From: an uncultured Ruminococcus sp.
Lineage (GTDB): Bacteria > Bacillota > Clostridia > Oscillospirales > Acutalibacteraceae
Direction of reading: 5' to 3'
Assembly: GCA_964617965.1 (NCBI GenBank)
Contig: CAZTWO010000001.1
Span: 4,457-52,028, forward strand
Length of the DNA stretch: 47,572 nucleotides
Position 1 is the stretch's first letter; each line of letters opens with the position of its first letter. This document shows positions 9,081-17,543 of this stretch, one piece after another. The notes under the pieces were generated by a model. That model was not told the origin of the DNA, ran no database searches, and was given only the letters and a program-made list of their open reading frames with translations. A program made the translations under genes and the position numbers.

Positions 9081-9129
9081 GGGGTCAGGGGCCAGGGGCC
9101 AGGGGCCAGGGGCCAGGGGCCAGGGGCCA
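9081..9129 (+). repeat. Perfect heptamer array, GGGGTCA followed by six GGGGCCA
   Basis: Direct reading: seven consecutive 7-bp units, i.e. seven GGGG tracts separated by 3-nt loops. Confidence 0.95.
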
Positions 9130-9141
9130 GTGACTGCGGAA

Positions 9142-9569
9142 GTCCTGCGGACTTGGATTATATAGCTCTGCAGTCTTTTACCCTGATTTCCTGTAAAAGT
9201 ATCACAATTCGCGTAGCTTTATAATCCAAAACGCAAAGCGTTTTCCTTAATTATGCATTATGCATTCTGCATTCTACATTGTTTTGTCCTGCGGACTTGG
9301 ATTATATAGCTCTACAGTCTTTTACCCTGATTTCCTGTAAAAGTATCACAATTCGCGTAGCTTTATAAATCAAAACGCAAAGCGTTTTCCTTAATTATGC
9401 ATTATGCATGCTGCATTCCACATTGTTTTGTCCTGCGGACTTGGATTATATAGCTCTGCAGTCTTTTACCCTGATTTCCTGTAAAAGTATCACAATTCGC
9501 GTAGCTTTATAATCCAAAACGCAAAGCGTTTTCCTTAATTATGCATTATGCATTCTGCATTCTACATTG
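9142..9569. repeat. Three tandem copies of a 144-bp unit (9142-9285, 9286-9429, 9430-9569). Each unit is built from a forward half-core, a CTTTTAC/GTAAAAG hairpin, a TCACAATTCGCG module, a reverse half-core and an ATTATGC/ATTCTGC heptamer array.
   Basis: Direct reading. The period of 144 was measured from GTCCTGCGG at 9142, 9286 and 9430. Copies differ by a few substitutions (for example CTCTGCAG vs CTCTACAG, and ATAATCCAAAACG vs ATAAATCAAAACG). Confidence 0.93.
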
Positions 9570-9606
9570 AAAAAAACTCCACACTCCACTCTTTTCCGAT
9601 AAAGTC

Positions 9607-9635
9607 TTTACAAATCCCAAATTTCAGAGTAAAAT
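9607..9635 (+). promoter_or_regulatory. Candidate sigma-A promoter for topB (TTTACA-N17-TAAAAT)
   Basis: Hexamers at 9607-9612 and 9630-9635 with a 17-nt spacer, about 40 nt upstream of the topB ATG. Confidence 0.45.
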
Positions 9636-9673
9636 TTTATGGCATACAATCACTAATGAATGGGAAGAAAATA

Positions 9674-11794
9674 ATGAAAGTAATTATAGCGGAGAAGCCG
9701 AGCCTTGCGAGAAACATATCGGGCGCAATCGGAGATATGAAGAAAAATTCCGGATTTTTCACCGGGAAGGATTATATCGTTACATGGGCGTTCGGTCACC
9801 TGTTTTCGCTGTGCGATATAGAAGACTACACAGGCAAAACCTCCACCGGCTTCTGGAGCATGGAAAATCTTCCGTGCTTTCCGAAAGAATTCAGATTCAA
9901 GCTTAAAAACGGTGCGGACAAAAAGCCCGATGCAGGCATTATAAAGCAGTTTGAAACGATTAAGGCGTTGTGTCTTCGTGATGATGTCGACACGATAATA
10001 AACGCCGGGGACGCCGACCGAGAAGGTGAAATTATAGTTCGCCTTTGTGTCAGCAACGCTTTCGAAGGAAAAGAGCAAAAAAGCTTTATGCGTCTGTGGC
10101 TCCCCGATCAGACACCCGAGACCATAAGAGCAGCTCTTGACGACCTTAAAAGCGAGGACGAATACAATTCACTCGCAAATGAAGGATTTGCCAGAACATA
10201 CACAGACTGGCTTTACGGCGTAAATCTGACACGGCTTGCAACGCTCAAAACAGGCGTTCTGCTTCGTGTCGGCAGAGTTATTGTGCCGATAGTCAAGGCG
10301 ATTTATGACAGAGATATGGCGATAAAGAATTTTGTGCCCGACATTTACTACGCACTTGTTTCAAACGCCGAGACAAACGGAGAAAAAATCGAGCTTGTGT
10401 CAAAGCACAAATTCCCGAAAGAGAAGCTTAACACGGCAAAGCGTGCGTGCGACAAATTAAATGCTCAGACGGCGACGGTAACGGCGAAGAAAACGAAAAA
10501 GGATACCCTTAAGCCGCCGAAGCTTTTTTCACTCTCGAAGCTTCAGAGCTATCTCGGAAAAAAGTACAAGATGAGCATGGATGTATCTCTTGCGACTGTT
10601 CAGAAGCTCTATGAAGCGGGATATGTCACCTATCCCAGAACAAACTCCGAATATATGGCAACAGCCGAAAAAGACAAGGTTAAAAAAATAATAGATATAG
10701 TAAGCAAAAAAGGGTATCCCGTAAAATTCCGTGACGGCAAAAACATATTCGATGACAGCAAAATAGAATCGCACTCGGCACTTACTCCGACATATAAAAT
10801 CCCGTCGCCCGACTCGCTGAATGAGACCGAAAAACAGGTATATTCGGCGATTATGCGAAGATTTGCGGCGGTATTCTGCGCCGAGGACTGCGTTGCACAG
10901 AAAAACGAGCTTACTATAAGCGTCGGCGAATGCGAGGACTATACACTCAAAGGTACGGTAATTCTTGTACCCGGCTGGACAAAATTCGAGGAGCCGTCAT
11001 CCACGATTAAGGTTCTGCCCTCACTCGAAAAGGGCGACACGGTCAACATTCACTTTGAGCCGAAGGAGAAAAAGACTTCTCCGCCAAAGCACTATACGAT
11101 TGAGACACTAAATAACTATCTTAAAAATCCGTTCAGAACCGAAAAAGCCGAGGCTGCCGAAAAGGATGACGACACCGAGGACTACAAGGCGATTTTCGAG
11201 GGGCTGGAGCTTGGAACGGAAGCCACACGTACGGGCATAATCGAGAACGCCATAAAGAGCAAATATATTGAGCTAAAAAAGGATGTATATACTCTTCTGC
11301 CCGGCGGACAGTATCTTATCGAGTCGCTGAGTGCCATGGGCATCAGCATGGATAAATATAAGACAAGCACCTTGGGTCAGGCTCTTAAAAAGGTTTACAG
11401 AGGCGAAATAACGGTTGACGACAGTGTAAGACTCGCCTGCAACGAGATAAAAGAAGCGTTTGACTCCCCCGACAACAACACGTCGGAGAAATGCTACACC
11501 GGATTTTACGGTGAAAAAATAGGCGTCTGCCCAAAATGCGGAAAAGATGTCACAAAAAACAGATATTCTTTTTCGTGCGCGGGGCAAAAATCGGGCGAAT
11601 GTGATTTTAAGATTCCGACCGTTCTGTGCAAGAAGGCAATACCGGTGTCGGCGGCAAAATCGCTTATCGAAAACGGCAGGTGCGAAAAGCTTACGGGGTT
11701 CATTTCTAAGGCGGGAAAGATGTTTGATGCGGAGCTTATGCTTGAGGATTTCAATGTAAAATTCAATTTCAATAATTCGAGGCGTGAAAATTAA
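9674..11794 (+). CDS. topB: DNA topoisomerase III (type IA)
   Basis: ORF 9548..11794. The start is placed at the ATG giving MKVIIAEKPS, the canonical Toprim N-terminus. Also present: DADREGE, the YVTYPRT active-site Tyr region and C-terminal Cys4 zinc-ribbon motifs (CPKCG...C..C). Confidence 0.92.
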   Translation: MKVIIAEKPSLARNISGAIGDMKKNSGFFTGKDYIVTWAFGHLFSLCDIEDYTGKTSTGFWSMENLPCFPKEFRFKLKNGADKKPDAGIIKQFETIKALCLRDDVDTIINAGDADREGEIIVRLCVSNAFEGKEQKSFMRLWLPDQTPETIRAALDDLKSEDEYNSLANEGFARTYTDWLYGVNLTRLATLKTGVLLRVGRVIVPIVKAIYDRDMAIKNFVPDIYYALVSNAETNGEKIELVSKHKFPKEKLNTAKRACDKLNAQTATVTAKKTKKDTLKPPKLFSLSKLQSYLGKKYKMSMDVSLATVQKLYEAGYVTYPRTNSEYMATAEKDKVKKIIDIVSKKGYPVKFRDGKNIFDDSKIESHSALTPTYKIPSPDSLNETEKQVYSAIMRRFAAVFCAEDCVAQKNELTISVGECEDYTLKGTVILVPGWTKFEEPSSTIKVLPSLEKGDTVNIHFEPKEKKTSPPKHYTIETLNNYLKNPFRTEKAEAAEKDDDTEDYKAIFEGLELGTEATRTGIIENAIKSKYIELKKDVYTLLPGGQYLIESLSAMGISMDKYKTSTLGQALKKVYRGEITVDDSVRLACNEIKEAFDSPDNNTSEKCYTGFYGEKIGVCPKCGKDVTKNRYSFSCAGQKSGECDFKIPTVLCKKAIPVSAAKSLIENGRCEKLTGFISKAGKMFDAELMLEDFNVKFNFNNSRREN

Positions 11795-11876
11795 TTAATT
11801 CTTAATAAGAACAATATTGAAACATCCCCTTTTCGGTTGTATTATATTCAGAGAAATTTTTTCGGGAGTGACAGAT

Positions 11877-13382
11877 ATGAAAAACACATTTAAAAAATCT
11901 GTGTGCTGCCTTTTAGCGGCTGTGTCGCTGATGCTGACGGTATTGCCCGCCTTTGCGGAAGAAACCGGAACGACAGCCGAAGAAACGGCAACGATAGCGG
12001 AAGAGACGGCAACTGCGGCGGAAGAGACCGGGACAACGGCAGAAGAGACCGAAACGGACACGGATACGACAACGGCAAAAGAGACAACGACCGAAGCTCT
12101 CACCGAGCATATTTTTGCCGATGCGGACGAAAACGGCGATGTAAACGTAACGGACGCAAGAATGATTCTGCGTTTTGCCGTAAAGTTAGACAAATACGAC
12201 GAGAAGAAAATCGAATACTACGATCTTGACAACAACAATTCGGTTGATGTCATGGATGCGAGAATTGCCCTCAGAATTGCGGTAAAGCTCCCTGCGGACT
12301 ATGTCGAACCCGAAACAGAGGAAGAAACCGAGGAAGAGACCACAACCGTTCCCGTGACCACAACCGAACCGACCACAAAGAAGCCCGAACCGACTACAAA
12401 AAAGCCCGAGCCGACCACAAAGAAGCCGGAACCGACAACACAGCCGACTCCCGTCAAGAAAAATCCCACAAAAGCGGAATATGCAAAATCGATGGGCAAC
12501 AGCGTGTGGACAGGTCACATTGATAATACGATGAAGTCATTATGCAACACCATAGGCACAAGATATGTCGGTTCAAACAACTGCTTCACGGCTAAAAACT
12601 GGATAAAGAAACAGCTTTCAAGCTACGGATACAGCAATGTTACGGAACAATATGTAAGCGTAACAAGCAAAGGCTATACTTCATATAATCTGATAGTAAA
12701 AATTCCGACAGCGAAAAAGAATCCGAAAATAATCACATTCTCGGCACACTATGACTGCAGCTCGCAGAGTGTCGGCGCGGTGGATAACGCCTCGGGTGTC
12801 GCGGCAATTCTGGAACTTGCGAGAATAGCAAAGAGCAAAAATATGGACTTCGGCGTGGAGCTTCGTTTTGCGTTCTTCACGGGTGAGGAAAACGGCTACT
12901 ACGGCGCGTATAAATACCGTTCTTCACTGTCGCAGGACGAAAAGAACCGCCACATAGTTTTCTTTAATATCGACATGGCGGCACCGTCAACGGCCGATAA
13001 AGAGAGCTATCTGTGTGTAAGCACCGAGCCTGTCACACAGAACTATCGGTGGAGAAAGGCGTACAACAACGCCGGCAGCAACGCCGTAAGAGAAGCACAT
13101 AACATTATGGGCAGCTGCGGTGAAAAGGCATTTTATTCGCCGATTGCGGCAGGCATGCACGACATAGTCCCGTTCAGAAAAGCGGGACTTCCCGCAATTA
13201 CGCTGTCATGGAGGCGTGTAAGCTCTTCGGGTAAGGGCAACGATTACAGCCTTACATCCCCGTCGGTTATTCACACCTATAAAGACAACCTGAATTATGT
13301 AAACTATAACGCACTGTACAAGACGGTAAGACTTGCCGCCGCATCAATGGGCGTGCTTACATACGGGTATGTCTATTCATAA
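11877..13382 (+). CDS. Secreted M28-family metallopeptidase with an N-terminal dockerin module and Thr/Glu/Pro-rich repeat linkers
   Basis: Signal peptide MKNTFKKSVCCLLAAVSLMLTVLPAFA (ATG 11877, GGGAG RBS). Two dockerin-type Ca-binding repeats (DENGDVNVTDARMILRFAV, DLDNNNSVDVMDARIALRIAV). M28 motifs SAHYD, GAVDNASG and FFTGEE.GYYGA. Confidence 0.85.
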   Translation: MKNTFKKSVCCLLAAVSLMLTVLPAFAEETGTTAEETATIAEETATAAEETGTTAEETETDTDTTTAKETTTEALTEHIFADADENGDVNVTDARMILRFAVKLDKYDEKKIEYYDLDNNNSVDVMDARIALRIAVKLPADYVEPETEEETEEETTTVPVTTTEPTTKKPEPTTKKPEPTTKKPEPTTQPTPVKKNPTKAEYAKSMGNSVWTGHIDNTMKSLCNTIGTRYVGSNNCFTAKNWIKKQLSSYGYSNVTEQYVSVTSKGYTSYNLIVKIPTAKKNPKIITFSAHYDCSSQSVGAVDNASGVAAILELARIAKSKNMDFGVELRFAFFTGEENGYYGAYKYRSSLSQDEKNRHIVFFNIDMAAPSTADKESYLCVSTEPVTQNYRWRKAYNNAGSNAVREAHNIMGSCGEKAFYSPIAAGMHDIVPFRKAGLPAITLSWRRVSSSGKGNDYSLTSPSVIHTYKDNLNYVNYNALYKTVRLAAASMGVLTYGYVYS

Positions 13383-13464
13383 ATACTGATACTTGATAAT
13401 TCTCCGCTTGCATGATATACTGTAACATATATTTTCACGAGGAAATCAGAGCTATACTTTTAAT

Positions 13465-13614
13465 GCATAATGTAGAATGCATAATGCATAATATCGGAAG
13501 TCCTGCGGACTTGGATTTATAAGCTGCGCAGACATTAAAGCAAATCAACACAGACAACATTTTTGCTTTGCGAAGCTTCACTGCTCCTTACTCCCTGCTC
13601 CTTGCTAACTGCTC
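13465..13614 (+). repeat. Modular intergenic element, forward. GCATAAT/GTAGAAT array (13465-13492), then a core with a 35-nt insert in the second stem and a CTCCTT-rich tail (13496-13614).
   Basis: Direct reading. Hairpin AAGTCC-TGC-GGACTT at 13498-13512. The tail reads CACTGCTCCTTACTCCCTGCTCCTTGCTAACTGCTC. Confidence 0.9.
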
Positions 13615-13666
13615 TGTGTGTTTTTCTTGAAAGTATAAAATATATTATGAAAGCGGAGGATTTTTT

Positions 13667-14908
13667 ATGGTTACCGAAGTAATTGACTTTCTCAAGAGGT
13701 ATGACAGTGAGGTCGGAAACGCGATTGAGCATGAGTTTATCCGTGAAACGGACGGCCTTGAGCTTATCGCAAGCGAAAACCTTGTTTCAGAAGGCGTAAT
13801 GCTCGCAATGGCAAACCCGATGACCAACAAATACGCAGAGGGCTATCCTTCACACAGATACTACGGCGGATGCTCAGCTGTTGACGAGGTTGAGGAGCTT
13901 GCAAGAGAGCGTCTTAAGAAGCTCTATGGTGCGGAGCATGCAAATGTTCAGCCGCACTCGGGCGCACAGGCAAATATGGCGGTGTTTATCGCTCTTCTGA
14001 CACCCGGCGACACAATTATGGGCATGAATCTGTCCGAAGGCGGTCATCTGACACACGGCAGTCCCGTAAATTTCTCCGGCAAATATTTTAAGGTTGTTCC
14101 CTACGGTGTAAACGGCGACGGCTTTATCGATTATGACGAGGTCGAGAAAAAGGCAAACGAATGCAAGCCCAAGCTTATTATAGCAGGTGCTTCCGCTTAC
14201 CCGAGAATAATAGATTTTGAAAGAATGGCAAAAATTGCCCATTCGGTCGGTGCTTATCTTATGGTTGACATGGCTCACATTGCGGGTCTTGTCGCAGCGG
14301 GGCTTCATCCGTCACCCATTCCCTATGCCGATGTGGTAACAAGCACCACACACAAGACTTTAAGAGGACCCAGAGGCGGCATAATTCTGTGCAGGGAAGA
14401 GCTTGCAAAGCAGATAGACAAGGCTGTTTTCCCGGGTTCACAGGGCGGTCCGCTTGAGCACATAATCGCAGCAAAGGCCGTGTGCTTCGGTGAAGCGTTA
14501 AAGGATGACTTCAAGGTCTATCAGCAGAATGTAGTTAAAAATGCCGCTGTGCTTGCCGAGAGCCTCAAGAAAGAGGGCTTTAACCTTGTATCGGGCGGCA
14601 CGGACAATCATCTTATACTCATTGACCTTACAAAGACGAACATTACAGGCAAGGAGCTTGAGGCAAGACTTGACGAAGTGCATATTACAGTCAACAAAAA
14701 CTCGGTTCCCAATGACCCCTATAAGCCCACAATTGCGGGCGGCATAAGAGTCGGCACTCCGAGTGTTACGACAAGAGGTCTTAATGAGGACGATATGAAG
14801 ACGCTGGCACATCTTTTCGCTCTTACGGCTTTTGATTTTGAAAACAGTAAGGATTATGTAAGAGATGAAGTAAGGAAGCTGTGTGAGAAGTACCCCATTT
14901 ACAGGTAA
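13667..14908 (+). CDS. glyA: Serine hydroxymethyltransferase
   Basis: 413-aa ORF with the SHMT signature (LIASEN, the PLP-site region [13 protein letters not shown]). GGAGGA RBS. Confidence 0.97.
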   Translation: MVTEVIDFLKRYDSEVGNAIEHEFIRETDGLELIASENLVSEGVMLAMANPMTNKYAEGYPSHRYYGGCSAVDEVEELARERLKKLYGAEHANVQPHSGAQANMAVFIALLTPGDTIMGMNLSEGGHLTHGSPVNFSGKYFKVVPYGVNGDGFIDYDEVEKKANECKPKLIIAGASAYPRIIDFERMAKIAHSVGAYLMVDMAHIAGLVAAGLHPSPIPYADVVTSTTHKTLRGPRGGIILCREELAKQIDKAVFPGSQGGPLEHIIAAKAVCFGEALKDDFKVYQQNVVKNAAVLAESLKKEGFNLVSGGTDNHLILIDLTKTNITGKELEARLDEVHITVNKNSVPNDPYKPTIAGGIRVGTPSVTTRGLNEDDMKTLAHLFALTAFDFENSKDYVRDEVRKLCEKYPIYR

Positions 14909-15039
14909 GGGGTCAGGGACCGGGAACCGGGGGCCGGGGACTGATGAAGTCACCGGGTGATCGGGAGTTGCATAACAATTAGCAATTAGCAGTTAGCAAT
15001 TAGCAATATCGGAAGTCCTGCGGACTTGGATTTGTAAGG
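14909..15039 (+). repeat. Modular intergenic element, forward with a truncated core. GGGGTCA/GGGACC-type array (14909-14941), AGCAATT/AGCAGTT array (14975-15007) and a half-core (15010-15039).
   Basis: Direct reading. The array starts on the nucleotide after the glyA TAA. Hairpin AAGTCC-TGC-GGACTT at 15013-15027. Confidence 0.9.
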
Positions 15040-15071
15040 ATTACACTAAAAAACGGCAGAGGGAGTAATTT

Positions 15072-16718
15072 ATGAATAAGGAAAAGAGAAGTTTGCTTTT
15101 GGACAATGCGAAAAATCATATTGACAAACAAAGGCTTATGTACTGCTTTGTGCTTACGTTTGTGATAGGTTTAATCTGTCATGCGTATGCGTATCTCAAT
15201 TATCAGCCGAGCCATGACTCACTGTATGAGGCGGTTTCAAATTCCGATTATTGGGAAATGAAAATTGAGTACGGCAGATACATAAAGCCTTTGTGTGATA
15301 TGGTGCTCGGAAAGTTTGCGAGCTTTCCGTGGATAAACGGCCTTATTGCGCTTTTCTGGCTGTCTTTGTCGGCATATATTGTCACGGATATGTTCAGAAT
15401 CGAAAGACGGCGTGATATAGGTCTGTTCTGCGGAATACTTACAACCAACATTACGGTTATAAGCATGTCGGCGACGTATTTTCAGGATCTGAGCGCAAAT
15501 ATGTTTGCACTGTTTCTGTCGCTTGTCGGCACGCATATATGGTTCGACATGACAAACAGGTACGATGACCTCGGCGTCAAAAAGAAGATTCTGCTCTCGC
15601 TTGCGGCCGCCATTTGTGTATTTGTCTCAATGGGAATTTATCAGGCGTTTGTAAGCGTGCTTATTACACTTGTGCTGATAATTTCTATAATGAGACTGTT
15701 AAACGAAGAGGCCGAATGCAAAAAGGTATGGACTTACGACTTCTGGGGTGCAGGCTCGGTTATTGTCGGAAGTGTGCTGTATTACGGTGTATACAAGCTT
15801 GTTTTGCTTGTGACCGGAATTGAAATGAACACCTCTAACTATAACAGTCTTGGAAAGCTGTTTTCAAGTGAGCTGTCGGTACCGGAGCTCCTGTCCGAGA
15901 CTTTTTCATATGTCTTCAAATACATATTTACGGCACCCTATTACACCTATCCGACATATGTAACTTCCGCGATAAGCATAGCTATATTTGCCGCAATGGT
16001 TATCTGCTTTATAATAGCTGTCAGAAATCTGAGAAAGAACAAAGCGAAGAAAAGCACAAGAATATCGGTTGTATTTTTCTTTCTGATGATTCCGTTTGCG
16101 ATGAATATAGTAAATCTGCTTGGCGGCGTAACGCACGCCGTTATGATTTATTCATTCTGGTTTACTTATATTATAGCGATACTGTTTACAAAGCATTTTA
16201 CGAAAATAAAAAGCAAAATGTTCTTTGAAAGAGTAACCGCACTGCTTTTGTGCTGTCTGATTTTCGCAAATATACAGGTTGCAAATGCCGCGTATGTAAA
16301 GAAAACAACGGAACAACAGGCGACACTTTCGGTCATGACAAGAGTGCTTGACAGAATTGAATCCATTGACGGCTATGAGCCCGGCGTGACACCCGTAGCG
16401 TTTATGGGAACCCCTAACAAATATCTTACGGAATATGAGGAATTTGAAGATCAGATTTTCATAACAGGTGTAGGATATAAGTCGGTGATAACATATCCGA
16501 ATATTTACAAAAAGTATTTCAGCATGATTCTTAAGGTTGATATAAATGTCGTGAAGAACAAAGAGGCAGTTGAGATTTATGATAAAAACAATCTTGAAAA
16601 TATGCCGGCGTTCCCCGATAATGACAGCATTAAGGTGATTGACGGAACTGTTGTTGTAAAGTTTTCGGATAGGAAGGATAAGTCGTCGACGGAGAAAAAT
16701 GACGAGGCAAACAGTTAG
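15072..16718 (+). CDS. Polytopic integral membrane protein, possibly of the GtrII/Glucos_trans_II glucosyltransferase-domain type
   Basis: 548-aa ORF with AGGGAG RBS. It has many hydrophobic segments followed by a soluble C-terminal domain. The family assignment is from general resemblance only. Confidence 0.7.
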   Translation: MNKEKRSLLLDNAKNHIDKQRLMYCFVLTFVIGLICHAYAYLNYQPSHDSLYEAVSNSDYWEMKIEYGRYIKPLCDMVLGKFASFPWINGLIALFWLSLSAYIVTDMFRIERRRDIGLFCGILTTNITVISMSATYFQDLSANMFALFLSLVGTHIWFDMTNRYDDLGVKKKILLSLAAAICVFVSMGIYQAFVSVLITLVLIISIMRLLNEEAECKKVWTYDFWGAGSVIVGSVLYYGVYKLVLLVTGIEMNTSNYNSLGKLFSSELSVPELLSETFSYVFKYIFTAPYYTYPTYVTSAISIAIFAAMVICFIIAVRNLRKNKAKKSTRISVVFFFLMIPFAMNIVNLLGGVTHAVMIYSFWFTYIIAILFTKHFTKIKSKMFFERVTALLLCCLIFANIQVANAAYVKKTTEQQATLSVMTRVLDRIESIDGYEPGVTPVAFMGTPNKYLTEYEEFEDQIFITGVGYKSVITYPNIYKKYFSMILKVDINVVKNKEAVEIYDKNNLENMPAFPDNDSIKVIDGTVVVKFSDRKDKSSTEKNDEANS

Positions 16719-16962
16719 CAAGGAGCAAGGAGCAAGGAGCAAGGAGCAGTTATCGGTGAACAGTTACCTGTGACCGAAGGATTATCTTTATTGACACATA
16801 AATGCCACTTTTACTTACTTTTTCTATATAACAAAAAAAGGACAGCCTATGCAGATAAGCTGTCCTTTAGTTTTCTCTTTTTGCAGCCGCAACGCTTTAT
16901 AATCCAAAACGCCATGCGTTTTCCTTATCCTCCGGCCACTGGATACTGACCACTGAATATGG
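16717..16962 (-). repeat. Modular intergenic element, reverse. AGCAAGG x4.5 array (16717-16749) overlapping the upstream stop codon, a long central insert, a reverse half-core (16883-16924) and a CCACTGG/ATACTGA array (16935-16962).
   Basis: Direct reading. Hairpin AAAACGC-CAT-GCGTTTT at 16906-16922. The central insert carries the terminator at 16837-16868. Confidence 0.85.
16837..16868. terminator. Bidirectional terminator between the membrane-protein gene (+) and yajC (-)
   Basis: Stem AAAGGACAGC (16837-16846) pairs with GCTGTCCTTT (16859-16868) around a 12-nt loop. An A-run lies upstream and T-rich sequence downstream. Confidence 0.65.
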
Positions 16963-16982
16963 TTGATTAGATTTTTGCGGGA

Positions 16983-17459
16983 TTATTCGGCGTCTTTTTT
17001 GGTGTCGTCGGAAGCGGGAGCTTCATTCTTGGACTTTCTCTTGCCGGCCTTTTTCTCTTCTTTTTCTGCCTGCTTTGCGGCTTCAAGAGCTGCCTTTTCT
17101 TCGGCAAGACGGGCGTTTGCGGTGTCATTGGTCTGAATAGCCCAACGCATGAACTTGACCTTTGTTCTGTCGGCACCTGTTTCGATAACGATTGAATCTT
17201 CTTTTACTGTAACAATTCTGCCGCTGATGCCGCCGATTGTTGTGATTTCGTCGCCTATCTGGATTGAATCACGAAGCTTCTGCTCTTCCTGCTGTTTTTT
17301 CTTCTGAGGTCTGATCATTATGAAATACATAACGGCAACCATAAGAACAAGCATGATAATCATGGAAGCAGAGCTGCCCGAGCCTGAAGTTGTGCCTGTT
17401 GTGGAGCTTGCCGCTGTGCTTGAAGAGCCAAAGAAATTACTGAGCAAATTAAATACCAT
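16983..17459 (-). CDS. yajC: Preprotein translocase subunit YajC, with a Ser/Thr/Gly-rich N-terminus and a long Lys/Glu/Ala-rich C-terminal extension
   Basis: The YajC core is MYFIMIRPQKKKQQE...IGDEITTIGGISGRIV. The ATG at 17459 lies 8 nt from a GGAGGG RBS. The ORF-track start at 17462 is a TTG. Confidence 0.88.
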   Translation of the reverse strand: MVFNLLSNFFGSSSTAASSTTGTTSGSGSSASMIIMLVLMVAVMYFIMIRPQKKKQQEEQKLRDSIQIGDEITTIGGISGRIVTVKEDSIVIETGADRTKVKFMRWAIQTNDTANARLAEEKAALEAAKQAEKEEKKAGKRKSKNEAPASDDTKKDAE

Positions 17460-17543
17460 CAATTTTACCCTCCGGTTAACATAATGTAATTATTATATTG
17501 TTTACAAGAGTAAAAAGCAAGATGTTTTAAAAAAATTTACAAT

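Noticed and set aside
9142-9569. Possible CRISPR array (regularly spaced repeats in an intergenic region)
   Set aside because: The whole 144-bp unit repeats, so there are no unique spacers. The unit is far longer than a CRISPR repeat-spacer period, no cas genes are nearby, and the same modules occur singly in ten other intergenic regions.
11795-12518. Multiple overlapping ORFs on both strands (11795..12193 minus, 11903..12229 plus, 12186..12518 minus, and others)
   Set aside because: They are by-products of the 21-nt tandem linker repeats of the M28 peptidase gene. Only the frame with a signal peptide, dockerin and M28 motifs makes biological sense.
16152-16742. 196-aa minus-strand ORF
   Set aside because: Antisense to the 548-aa membrane-protein gene, extending into the AGCAAGG array. 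It is a shadow ORF.
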